Of a stretch of 64,000 bases of DNA, positions 38,714-46,753 are shown piece by piece. The translations under genes were made by a program, and so were the position numbers. The DNA is from an uncultured Solirubrobacterales bacterium. Its GTDB lineage: Bacteria; Actinomycetota; Thermoleophilia; Solirubrobacterales; 70-9. A model generated the notes under the pieces. That model was not told where the DNA came from, ran no database searches, and saw only the letters and a program-made list of their open reading frames with translations. Position 1 is the stretch's first letter. Each line of letters opens with the position of its first letter. The stretch covers positions 2,175,517-2,239,516 of the forward strand of contig OY970165.1 of assembly GCA_963706605.1 (NCBI GenBank). The letters are read 5' to 3'.

Positions 38714-39007
38714 GTGGCGCAGATCATCGTCACCCCGCAGGCGCGGCGGGACATTGAAGACGCGACCGCGGCCCTTAGTCTCCATGGCGATATCTGGACT
38801 CGTGTCGCGCGCTCGCTAAGAGTTCTCGAAACCTTTCCTTTAGCGGGTCCCGAGCTGGATGGTAGGTGGACGCCGGTTCGATTCATCATTGGTCCGTGGC
38901 CCTGGATGATCTTGCTCTACCGCTACGAAGAGCCGTCGGATCGAGTCTTCGTCGTCGCGATGCACGACGCGCGGTCGGCGACTTCGGCCACGGCGAGTCG
39001 GCCTTGA
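38714..39007 (+). CDS. parE: ParE/RelE-superfamily toxin
   Basis: 97 aa with a GTG start immediately after the antitoxin stop. IIVTPQARRDIEDA...FPLAGPELDG...RFIIGPWPWMILLYRYEEPSDRVFVVAMHDAR matches the ParE pattern. Confidence 0.7.
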   Translation: MAQIIVTPQARRDIEDATAALSLHGDIWTRVARSLRVLETFPLAGPELDGRWTPVRFIIGPWPWMILLYRYEEPSDRVFVVAMHDARSATSATASRP

Positions 39008-39011
39008 AGAC

Positions 39012-39140
39012 TTGGTCCGAAATTTGGTCCCCGACTCCACCGAACTCCTGGATGTAATTCGCTCTATCTGGCGAGACTCGGCTCTATAGAAGGCTCCCGG
39101 CTCGACTCATAGTCCGTTGAATGTTCGAGTCCTTCCCCGC
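39012..39140 (+). repeat. Composite repeat copy E (degenerate; terminal copy of the array)
   Basis: The arm is recognisable but one CCGAACT unit is deleted. The tRNA-derived part GACTCATAGTCCGTTGAATGTTCGAGTCCTTCCCCGC is decayed. Confidence 0.8.
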
Positions 39141-39178
39141 TTTTATGGAAGAGGCCTCGGCTCTCTATCGTTGGGGGC

Positions 39179-39508
39179 ATGCCTGAAGCTCCTGAACTCG
39201 ACGAGTTCGAGTCCTTGGTCGTTGACGCAATCGATCGGCTGCCGGCTGAATTCCAAGAGGTATTGGCGAACGTCGCGGTTGTGGTATCCGATCTCGGAGA
39301 CGAGGTACATGCATATGGTCAGTACTTCGGAGACGGTGTCGCGCGCGAAAGCTATGAGGACCGGATCGTCATCTACCGTGACACTCTGGAGCGTGACTTC
39401 GGCCATGACCGTGACCTGCTTGCCCGCCAGGTCGAGCGGACTTTGCGTCACGAGCTTGCCCACCACCTCGGCTGGGGTGAGCAAGGAACGGGAGGCCTGG
39501 GCCTATGA
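39179..39508 (+). CDS. Zinicin-like small metallopeptidase-family protein (DUF1025-type)
   Basis: 109 aa with HELAHHLG (HExxH) near the C-terminus and LPAEFQEVLANVAVVV near the N-terminus. Confidence 0.65.
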   Translation: MPEAPELDEFESLVVDAIDRLPAEFQEVLANVAVVVSDLGDEVHAYGQYFGDGVARESYEDRIVIYRDTLERDFGHDRDLLARQVERTLRHELAHHLGWGEQGTGGLGL

Positions 39509-39613
39509 CTGAGACAAAACGCCTCCCAACCAACCGGGACCGGTAGATCGACTGGTCCCCCGTTCACCGATGGACTAAGGTCGTCGAGCGCAGTTTTCGC
39601 TGCGCCCCAACAA

Positions 39614-40111
39614 TTGAGAGGCGGTCCCTTGGATCCTGTCGGATATGAGCTGTGTACTCCCGAAGGCGACAAGGGCGGTGGCGTTCGTGCAACTCGTCGC
39701 TTCCAGGTCGGCGAAACGGTGATGGTTGGAGTGCTCGAGGGCGAGGTCGCCTGCAACGACTCGCACGCGACTCAGGTGAGTCGCACCAAGTGGGCCCGGC
39801 ACGGTGGCCTCGGCCCCCTGGTCAACCACTCGTGCAGTCCGAACTGCGGTGTTCACGTGAACGACACCGGCGCCTGCGATTTTGTGGCCCGGAGGTCGAT
39901 CTCCAACCATGAGGAGATCACTTTCGACTATGCGATGCGCAACTATTCGATCGAGCACTTTCCAGGTGGCTGTCTCTGCGGAGCGGATATTTGCCGCGGT
40001 TCGGTGACCGGCTGGAAGGATCTCCCTACCGAGCGCAAGGTCGCCTACGAGGGCCTGGTTGCGCCCTACCTGCTCGAGATTGATCGCGAGCTGGCTGGCT
40101 CAGTCGCCTGA
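39614..40111 (+). CDS. SET-domain protein (putative lysine methyltransferase)
   Basis: NHSCSPNC, EEITFDY, and post-SET CLCGADICRG motifs. The TTG start is uncertain. Confidence 0.75.
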   Translation: MRGGPLDPVGYELCTPEGDKGGGVRATRRFQVGETVMVGVLEGEVACNDSHATQVSRTKWARHGGLGPLVNHSCSPNCGVHVNDTGACDFVARRSISNHEEITFDYAMRNYSIEHFPGGCLCGADICRGSVTGWKDLPTERKVAYEGLVAPYLLEIDRELAGSVA

Positions 40112-40241
40112 CGCGCCGAGTGGGACGAGTCGGGGGTGGCAAGCTTGGCCCCGACACCAATCATCGACTCTCGCCAGCCACTTAAGCTCAGGCCCGAGCG
40201 CCACATCTTCCGCTCGCCGCTAGGCTTAAAACGCTTCATCC

Positions 40242-40312
40242 GGCGCCTTGGCGGAGTGGCTACGCAGCGGCCTGCAAAGCCGTTTACACCAGTTCGATTC
40301 TGGTAGGCGCCT
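40242..40312 (+). tRNA. tRNA-Cys (GCA)
   Basis: Acceptor GGCGCCT/AGGCGCC, anticodon loop CTGCAAA, T-loop TTCGATT. Confidence 0.85.
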
Positions 40313-40329
40313 CTGACTGCTTGTCCGCG

Positions 40330-40495
40330 ACGTCAACTTATCTGGACGATCTGTTCGTCGACCCGGAGGTCCGTTCCAGCGTCGGGGACGACCGCCGACG
40401 ACAACTATCGTGCACGAGCCGCATATGACCGGGTTGCGACCCGAACCGGCTGGATCACCTACGACATGGTCCCCAACGGAAAAGGGCCCCGTTAG
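40330..40495 (+). pseudogene. GNAT acetyltransferase remnant (C-terminal pieces in two frames)
   Basis: The frame from 40339 gives YLDDLFVDPEVRSS..., resembling the GNAT motif-A region. A second frame (40418-40495) gives AAYDRVATRTGWITYDMVPNGKGPR*, resembling a GNAT C-terminus. There is no N-terminal half and no start. Confidence 0.4.
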
Positions 40496-40510
40496 GGGCC
40501 CCTTGTTTCC
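40482..40510 (+). terminator. Rho-independent terminator candidate
   Basis: GGGCCCC-GTTA-GGGGCCC followed by CTTGTTTCC. Confidence 0.55.
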
Positions 40511-40754
40511 GAAGGACGTACCACCAGATAGTCACGTAGCTGGCTCGTCGGTCCTCAAGCTTTGAAGTTTTCCTGTTGCCCTGCCGGCGGCTACAGATAG
40601 ATAAACACGCCGTATGAGGAAAAGTTGCACCGCTTGCATCGGCGCTTGCAGCCGGCGACTTTAGGCCCCGGCTCATGGTTTCGCCGCCCTTGCGTCCGCG
40701 GGTCTCCCGCAGGCGCCGGTTCCCTCGCCCCGATGCTAGATTCAGATGTCCCTG

Positions 40755-40827
40755 GGGCGCATAGCTCAGTTGGGAGAGCGCCGCCTCGACAAGGCGGAGG
40801 TCACTGGTTCGAGCCCAGTTGTGCCCA
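40755..40827 (+). tRNA. tRNA-Val (GAC), with C rather than U at position 33
   Basis: Acceptor GGGCGCA/TGTGCCC, anticodon stem CCGCC/GGCGG, loop TCGACAA, T-arm ACTGG-TTCGAGC-CCAGT. Confidence 0.75.
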
Positions 40828-40852
40828 CTCCATCTGCCAGAAGGGAGCTACG

Positions 40853-41314
40853 ATGGCCCATCGCCTACTGCGCGCCGGTGAAGCCCACTGGCGCGAGTCG
40901 AACCAGATGCGGGTGCTCAACACCGATCTCGCAAAGCAGATGGAGGCGACGAGCCTTGGTGCACGCCTGTGGAGATTGCGGCCGGGCCAGGCCTCGACCA
41001 GGCACAAGCATCAGAGCGAGGAGGAGCTCTACGTGCTGCTCGAGGGTCGGGGCCGGATCCGCGTCGGGGAGGAGGCGCTCGAGCTGGCGCCGCTCGATGC
41101 GCTCCTGGTCGAGCCCGACACGATTCGCCAGGTCTTCAACGACACCGATGCCGAGGCGCTGTGGCTCGTCGTGGGTGCGCCGCCCGAAGCGGCGAACACC
41201 CTCGAGATGAGCGAAGAGCAGCTGCGCCAGCTCTATCCCGAGGGGCCGCGTGCCCTGCCGCCGGAGCTCGGTGGGGGTGAGCTCAGACCGTCGCCGGCAG
41301 ACGAACCTCGGTGA
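40853..41314 (+). CDS. Cupin-domain protein
   Basis: Trimmed to ATG 40853 (AAGGGAG upstream), because ORF 40625..41314 runs through the tRNA-Val gene. GARLWRLRPGQASTRHKHQSEEELYVLLEGRGRIRVGEE is a cupin motif. Confidence 0.7.
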   Translation: MAHRLLRAGEAHWRESNQMRVLNTDLAKQMEATSLGARLWRLRPGQASTRHKHQSEEELYVLLEGRGRIRVGEEALELAPLDALLVEPDTIRQVFNDTDAEALWLVVGAPPEAANTLEMSEEQLRQLYPEGPRALPPELGGGELRPSPADEPR

Positions 41315-41711
41315 GGCGGATGCTGTTGCCAGAGGGGTCGCGGAAGCCGGAGTCGATTCCGTAGGGCCGCTCTTCCGGCGCCTCGCTGAACTCAACGCCG
41401 CGAGCCTTCAGCTCTTCATAGGAGGCCTGGCAGTCCTCGGTGGTGAGGAAGACCGTGCCGGCGAAGCCCTTTGCCATCACGTCGCGGACCTGCTCGGCCG
41501 TATCGGCGTCCATCACCGGCGGGCCGGGGATCGCCATCAGGGTGATCGAGACATCTTCCTGGCCGACGGGCCCGACGGTGAGCCAGCGGAAGTTGTCCAT
41601 CTCGGGGAGGGTGACGTCGGCCCGCACCTCCATGCCGACCTTCTCGGTGTAGAAGGCGAGCGCCTCGTCTTGGTCGTGGACCCACAGCTGCGCGTTCGCG
41701 ATCTTGATCAT
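41283..41711 (-). CDS. VOC-family (glyoxalase/bleomycin-resistance) protein
   Basis: MIKIANAQLWVHDQDEALAFYTEKVGMEV... and ...YGIDSGFRDPSGNSIRL. Confidence 0.8.
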   Translation of the reverse strand: MIKIANAQLWVHDQDEALAFYTEKVGMEVRADVTLPEMDNFRWLTVGPVGQEDVSITLMAIPGPPVMDADTAEQVRDVMAKGFAGTVFLTTEDCQASYEELKARGVEFSEAPEERPYGIDSGFRDPSGNSIRLTEVRLPATV

Positions 41712-41750
41712 CTGGGTTCTCCTTGCTCGACGGAACAGTTCGCGTCGATG

Positions 41751-42185
41751 CTAGGCCCGCGCCGCGGCGCTGTCTTCTCGAAACGTGCGGTTTTGAGGGC
41801 GGGAGTAGGCGCGCACGACGCAGCCGGGAATGCGGACGTGGGCCGAGGCCGGCGGGAAGAGGGCCCGGTACGCCGTCGGCGACTTGCCGTAGGTGCGCGA
41901 GAAGCTCGTCGTGAACGAGCCGACGCTCTGCAGCCCGACCGAGAAGCAGATCTCGGCGACCGAGTTGTCGGTGGTGCGCAGCAGCGCCGCGGCGCGCTCG
42001 AGCCGACGCGTCAGAAGGTAAGCGTGCGGCGACTCGCCGAAGGCACGGCGGAACTCACGGCTGAAATGCGCACGGGAGAGGCCGGCGGCGTCGGCCAGGT
42101 CATCAACGCTCAACGCCTCGAAGTAGCGAGCGTCGGCGAGGTCCTTGGCGCGCAGCAGGTGGCGGACTGGCGGGACATACGCCAT
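41751..42185 (-). CDS. AraC-family transcriptional regulator (HTH-only, short)
   Basis: LSVDDLADAAGLSRAHFSREFRRAFGESPHAYLLTRRLERAAALLRTTDNSVAEICFSVGLQSVGSFTTSFSRTYGKSPTAYR. Confidence 0.8.
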   Translation of the reverse strand: MAYVPPVRHLLRAKDLADARYFEALSVDDLADAAGLSRAHFSREFRRAFGESPHAYLLTRRLERAAALLRTTDNSVAEICFSVGLQSVGSFTTSFSRTYGKSPTAYRALFPPASAHVRIPGCVVRAYSRPQNRTFREDSAAARA

Positions 42186-42210
42186 GCAGGCAGTCTAGGC
42201 TCGCCGCCTT

Positions 42211-43923
42211 GTGATCGGGACCTATGCAGGCGTGCTGGCCGTGTGCGGGGCCTCGCTGGCGATCGGACAGGCGGCGCTTGGGCTCTGCGGGATCAGGCGG
42301 TGGTCCTGGCTTTCGCCCGCCCTCGGACTGGCCCTGCTCTGCGCGATCTGCTGGGCGACCGTGCGGTTGCCGGGGCACGGCACGATCTCGGCGGCCCTCG
42401 TCCTGGCGCTGACGGTCACCGCCGCGATCCACCTGCGGGGGCGAGTGGAGGGCGGGGGGGAGGCACTGCGGATGGGCACGCCGGTCGCTGCGGTCAGCTT
42501 GGCCGCCGCCTCGCTGCCGTTCGTCGTGGAAGGCCATTTCGGCATCCTCGGCACCGGCTTCAACCCCGACATGTCGCAGCACCTGCTGGCAACTGACCGC
42601 TTGGCACAAGGCGCCGGCTCGCAGCTCCTCCACCAGGGTTATCCCCTCGGACCCCACGCCATCGTCGCCGCCCTCAACAAGGGTCTGGGAATCGGCCTCG
42701 TCCAAGGCTTCACCGGCCTCACGGTCGCGGTTGCGGTCCTGGCCCCCCTGACCGCGGTCGCGGCCTTCGCCGACCAGCCACCCCTCCGCCGCGCCGCGGC
42801 AGCCCTGGTGGTCGGCCTTCCGTACCTGGTCGCCTCCTACTTCGCCCAGGGCGCCTTCAAGGAGGTGATCCAGGCCCTTTTCGTGCTCGCGTTCGTCCTC
42901 GCTCTGCGCGAGAGCAGCCGCAGCTGGCACGAGCTTCCACTGCGCTTCGTCCCGGCCGCGTTGATCGCCGTCGGCTCGGTGTACGTCTACAGCTTCCCGG
43001 GACTCATCTGGCTGGCGGCGATCCTGCTGATCTGGCTGGCGCTGGAGCGGTCGCTGCCGGCGAGGCCCCTGCTCTTGGCTTTCCTCGTCTTCCTGGTCGG
43101 AACGCTCCCCGAGCTGGGCCGGATGATCGACTTCCATCACTTCGAAACGTTCGACCCCAACGGCCCCGGTCTCGGCAACCTGTTCGGCCAGGTCTCGCCC
43201 TTCACCGCACTTGGGATCTGGTTCTCGGGCGACTTTCGGCTGGCGCCGGGAAACGGAGCGGTCCCCGCCTTCGCCTACTACTTCGGCGCCGCCTTCGCCG
43301 CTGTGCTGCTCGTCTACGGGCTGATCTTGTGCCTGCGCCGGCGCGAGACGACGATCCTCGCCGCGGTGTTCGCCGCCGTGGTCGTTTACGCCGTGGCTCG
43401 GGTCAGCGGCACTCCATACACCTCCGCCAAGGCGCTCGAGGTGGTGGCGCCGCTGGCGACTCTGGTCATTCTGCTGCCGCTGCTGCGCCGGCCCGTCGCC
43501 TTCCTCTATCTGCTCGCCGCGGGTGTCTGCTCGCTGCTCGTCTTCGCCAACGCGCCGGTTGGGCCGACCACCTACTCGCCCGCGCTGACCGGTTTGCGCC
43601 CGTTGCTCGGCACGGACCCAACCTTGGTTCTGGCGCCGCAGTCGCTGCTCGACGACGAACACGGCGCTCGCTACATTGCCTGGGAGCTGCGCGGCGGCCG
43701 CGTCTGCATCGAGGATGAGGGCAGCGCTGGGGGCGCGCCGCCAAACGGTGTCCGCTTCGTCGTCACCATGGAGTCAAGCGAACGCGCGCCGTTCCGCGAC
43801 CTGGCCCTGAGTCGCCATGCGGGTCCCTACCTGCTCTGGGAACGCCGCGGCCCGATCCGTGGCCGGAGTGACTGCCCGCTGATCGCTGTCCGCCAAGTGC
43901 GGCAAGGACCCCCCACCCAGTGA
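42211..43923 (+). CDS. Polytopic membrane protein (possibly GT-C-type glycosyltransferase)
   Basis: 570 aa with more than 10 hydrophobic segments in the N-terminal 450 aa and a soluble C-terminal ~110 aa. Divergent from the AraC gene with a 25-bp spacer. Function is not recognised. Confidence 0.5.
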   Translation: MIGTYAGVLAVCGASLAIGQAALGLCGIRRWSWLSPALGLALLCAICWATVRLPGHGTISAALVLALTVTAAIHLRGRVEGGGEALRMGTPVAAVSLAAASLPFVVEGHFGILGTGFNPDMSQHLLATDRLAQGAGSQLLHQGYPLGPHAIVAALNKGLGIGLVQGFTGLTVAVAVLAPLTAVAAFADQPPLRRAAAALVVGLPYLVASYFAQGAFKEVIQALFVLAFVLALRESSRSWHELPLRFVPAALIAVGSVYVYSFPGLIWLAAILLIWLALERSLPARPLLLAFLVFLVGTLPELGRMIDFHHFETFDPNGPGLGNLFGQVSPFTALGIWFSGDFRLAPGNGAVPAFAYYFGAAFAAVLLVYGLILCLRRRETTILAAVFAAVVVYAVARVSGTPYTSAKALEVVAPLATLVILLPLLRRPVAFLYLLAAGVCSLLVFANAPVGPTTYSPALTGLRPLLGTDPTLVLAPQSLLDDEHGARYIAWELRGGRVCIEDEGSAGGAPPNGVRFVVTMESSERAPFRDLALSRHAGPYLLWERRGPIRGRSDCPLIAVRQVRQGPPTQ

Positions 43924-43925
43924 GC

Positions 43926-43968
43926 GCGTTCGCAGTTAGCCGACTATATGGCGGCTAACTGCGAACGC
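43926..43968. repeat. 43-bp palindromic element, copy 2
   Basis: GCGTTCGCAGTTAGCCG-ACTATATGG-CGGCTAACTGCGAACGC. It starts 3 nt after the stop of the membrane-protein gene, 46 nt before the thrS start. Confidence 0.85.
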
Positions 43969-44013
43969 CGGGCGGGCTGGGGGCTCTTGGTGGGCGTGGG
44001 TAGCATGGGCGCG

Positions 44014-45948
44014 ATGGAGGCGACGACGAAAATCACCGCCAAGCTGCCTGACGGCACGCCGCTGGAGCTGCCCGACGGCGCCACCGGCGCCGATGCCGCT
44101 GCCGCGATCGGGCCCGGGCTGGCCAAGGCGGCGCTGGCGATTCGCGTCGACGGAAAGCTGCGCGACCTCGGTGCTCCGCTGCCCGAGGAGTCCGAGATCT
44201 CGATCCTCACCGACCGTGACCAGGAGGCGCTGGAGCTGATCCGCCATGACGCAGCTCATGTCATGGCCGAGGCAGTGATGGAGCTGTACCCGGGGACCAA
44301 GGTGACGATCGGCCCTCCGATCGACCAGGGCTTCTACTACGACTTCGAGTTCCCGGACGACGTCAGGGTCAACGAGGACGACCTGGAGCGGATCGAAGCG
44401 GCGATGCGAAAGCACATCGAGGCCAACGAGCCCTTCGAGCGCCGCGACGTCCAGCCTGCGGACGCGGTCGAGCTGTTCCGCGCCCAGGGCCAGGAGTACA
44501 AGGTCGAGCTGATCGAAGACCTGGTTCGCGACGAAGGGGTGGAGGCAGTCTCGCTGTACCGCAACGGGCCCTTCGAGGATCTCTGTCGCGGGCCCCACGG
44601 TCCGTCCACGGGGCGGATCAAGGCGATCAAGCTGAGCTCGGTGGCGGGCGCCTACTGGCGCGGCCGCGAGGACCGCCAGATGCTGACCCGGATCTACGGC
44701 ACGGCCTTCTTCTCGAAGAAGGACCTCGATCGGCACCTCGAGCTGATCGAGGAGGCAAAGGCGCGGGACCACCGCCGGCTCGGTCCCCAGCTGGGGCTCT
44801 TCATGTTGCGCAAGGAGGCGCCGGGGATGCCCTTCTGGCTCTCCCACGGGACGACGTTGCTGCGCCTGATCGAGGCCGAGGTCCACAAGCAGCTGCGCAA
44901 GCGCGAGTACGTCGAGATCAAGACTCCGCACCTGATGGACGTCGACCTCTGGCACCGCTCCGGCCACTGGGACAACTACCAGGAGAACATGTACCTGACC
45001 GAGTCCAAGGAGCGCCAGTACGCGATCCGGCCGATGAATTGCCCCGGCGCCTGTCTCGTCTTCGGCTCCGAGCGCCACTCCTACCGCGAGCTGCCGCTGC
45101 GGATCGCCGAGTTCGGCCAGGTCTCCCGCGCCGAGCGCGAGGGGGTCCTGCACGGGCTGCTGCGGGTGCGCGCATTCACCCAGGACGACGCCCACATCTA
45201 CTGCGCGCCGGAGCAGATCGTCGACGAGGTGACCGGCATCTGCGAGGCGATCGACGAGCTCTACGCCCGCTTCGGCTTCGAGGACGTCCATATCGAGCTC
45301 TCTACTCGGCCGGAGAAGTCGATCGGCAGCGATGAGGAGTGGGAGCAGGCTGAGCAGGCGCTGCGCAGTGCCCTGGAGAGCCAGGGCCGCGAGTACACGC
45401 TCAACCCGGGCGACGGTGCCTTCTACGGGCCGAAGATCGACTTCCACATCACCGACGCGCTCGGCCGCTCCTGGCAGTGCGGCACCTGTCAGGTCGACTT
45501 CTTCATGCCCGAGCGCTTCGATCTCTCTTACACCGATCAGAACGACGAGCCCCAGCGTCCGGTGATGATCCACCGCGCTCTGCTCGGCTCGATGGAGCGT
45601 TTCGCCGGGATCTTGATCGAGCACTACGGAGGTCGCTTCCCGGTCTGGCTCGCGCCGGTGCAGGCGATCGTGCTGCCGATCTCCGACCGCCATGTCGAGG
45701 CCGGCGTCAAGGTCGCCGCGAAGCTGCGCGAGCTCGGGGTCAGGGTTGAGACCGACCGCCGCTCGGAGTCAATCGGCAAGAAGATTCGCGACGCCGAACT
45801 GGGCCGCAACCTCTACATGCTGGTGGTCGGCGATCGCGAGGAAGAGAGCGGCGAAGTGGCGGTGCGCTCCCACGCCAAGGGCGAGCTGGGGACAATGGCG
45901 ATGGCCGACTTCGCGGATCTCGTCCATCGTGAGGAGCGCTCCGCCTGA
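44014..45948 (+). CDS. thrS: Threonine--tRNA ligase
   Basis: TGS domain (ITAKLPDGTPLELPDG), editing-domain HDAAHVMAEAV, class II core RPMNCPG, FGQVSRAE..GLLRVRAFTQDDAHIY. The start (44005 or 44014) is uncertain. Confidence 0.92.
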   Translation: MEATTKITAKLPDGTPLELPDGATGADAAAAIGPGLAKAALAIRVDGKLRDLGAPLPEESEISILTDRDQEALELIRHDAAHVMAEAVMELYPGTKVTIGPPIDQGFYYDFEFPDDVRVNEDDLERIEAAMRKHIEANEPFERRDVQPADAVELFRAQGQEYKVELIEDLVRDEGVEAVSLYRNGPFEDLCRGPHGPSTGRIKAIKLSSVAGAYWRGREDRQMLTRIYGTAFFSKKDLDRHLELIEEAKARDHRRLGPQLGLFMLRKEAPGMPFWLSHGTTLLRLIEAEVHKQLRKREYVEIKTPHLMDVDLWHRSGHWDNYQENMYLTESKERQYAIRPMNCPGACLVFGSERHSYRELPLRIAEFGQVSRAEREGVLHGLLRVRAFTQDDAHIYCAPEQIVDEVTGICEAIDELYARFGFEDVHIELSTRPEKSIGSDEEWEQAEQALRSALESQGREYTLNPGDGAFYGPKIDFHITDALGRSWQCGTCQVDFFMPERFDLSYTDQNDEPQRPVMIHRALLGSMERFAGILIEHYGGRFPVWLAPVQAIVLPISDRHVEAGVKVAAKLRELGVRVETDRRSESIGKKIRDAELGRNLYMLVVGDREEESGEVAVRSHAKGELGTMAMADFADLVHREERSA

Positions 45949-46090
45949 GGCGGCGGCGACCCTGTGATCGGTCCTGTGCCTATACTTCGACCACTTGTTC
46001 GCAGGCATGCCAAACACAGAGCGCCGCTGAGCGTCCCGTGCCCGCCTCCGCACCCCTCGTCCTCTTGAAGCTCCACCTCTCCTCTAGATA

Positions 46091-46753
46091 GTGCCTGTCC
46101 CGCGCAGGTTCGATCGTCGCCCGCCGGAGCGCGACACGACCCGGATCAACGAACGGATCCGGGTCCCCAAGGTGCGCCTGATCGGCGCTGACGGGGAGCA
46201 ACTCGGCATCGTCGACACGCCCGATGCCCTCAAACGTGCCCAGGAAGCCGACCTCGATCTGGTCGAGGTGGCGCCCAACTCGAAGCCGCCGGTGACCCGC
46301 CTGCTCGACTACTCGAAGTACAAGTACGAGCAGGAGCAGAAGCAGAAGGCGGCCCGCAAGCATCAGCAGCAGGTCAACGTTCGTGAGATCAAGCTGCGCC
46401 CGAAGATCGCCAATCACGACTATGAGACCAAGAAGGGCCACGTCGAGCGCTTCCTCCGCCACCACAACAAGGTCAAGATCACGATCATGTTCCGCGGCCG
46501 CGAGCAGGCGCATCCCGAGCGGGGCCGGGCTCTGCTTCAGCGGCTCTTCGAGGACCTCGATGGGCTCGCCGTGATCGAGTCCGATCCACTGCAGGAAGGC
46601 CGCAACATGAGCATGATGCTGGCGCCCAGCAAAGAGGTCGCCGCGCTGGAGGCCAAAGAGGCCGACGGGCCGGCTGAAGAGGCTGAGAAGCCGGCCGAAG
46701 AAGTCGAGAAGCCGGCGGCCAGTGAAGCCGAGGAGACCGCGGACGAGTCTTAG
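46091..46753 (+). CDS. infC: Translation initiation factor IF-3 (with acidic C-terminal extension)
   Basis: [63 protein letters not shown]...[21 protein letters not shown] start preceded by ATA. Confidence 0.88.
   Translation: MPVPRRFDRRPPERDTTRINERIRVPKVRLIGADGEQLGIVDTPDALKRAQEADLDLVEVAPNSKPPVTRLLDYSKYKYEQEQKQKAARKHQQQVNVREIKLRPKIANHDYETKKGHVERFLRHHNKVKITIMFRGREQAHPERGRALLQRLFEDLDGLAVIESDPLQEGRNMSMMLAPSKEVAALEAKEADGPAEEAEKPAEEVEKPAASEAEETADES

Larger units (their letters stand above)
31694..39140. mobile_element. Tandem array of five integrase-less mini-islands/cassettes inserted at the 3' end of tRNA-Met
   Basis: Five copies (one truncated, one degenerate) of a composite repeat, a ~103-bp conserved arm plus the last 44 nt of the tRNA, spaced 1.0-2.3 kb apart. 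No recombinase ORF lies between them. Confidence 0.8.

Noticed and set aside
33341-39140. The repeated tRNA-like segments as additional tRNA genes or pseudo-tRNAs, or as a CRISPR-like array.
   Set aside because: All copies lack the 5' half (acceptor 5' strand, D-arm, 5' anticodon stem), so they cannot fold as tRNAs. The spacing is 1-2.3 kb with coding cargo, not 30-40-bp spacers, and no cas genes are present.
40152-40241. CTTGGCCCCGACACCA about 88 nt upstream of tRNA-Cys resembles TTGGTCCCCGACTCCACC of the arm, which suggested a sixth arm copy.
   Set aside because: The similarity is limited to ~15 nt. The rest of the segment does not align with the arm, and its distance to the tRNA differs from that in the true copies.
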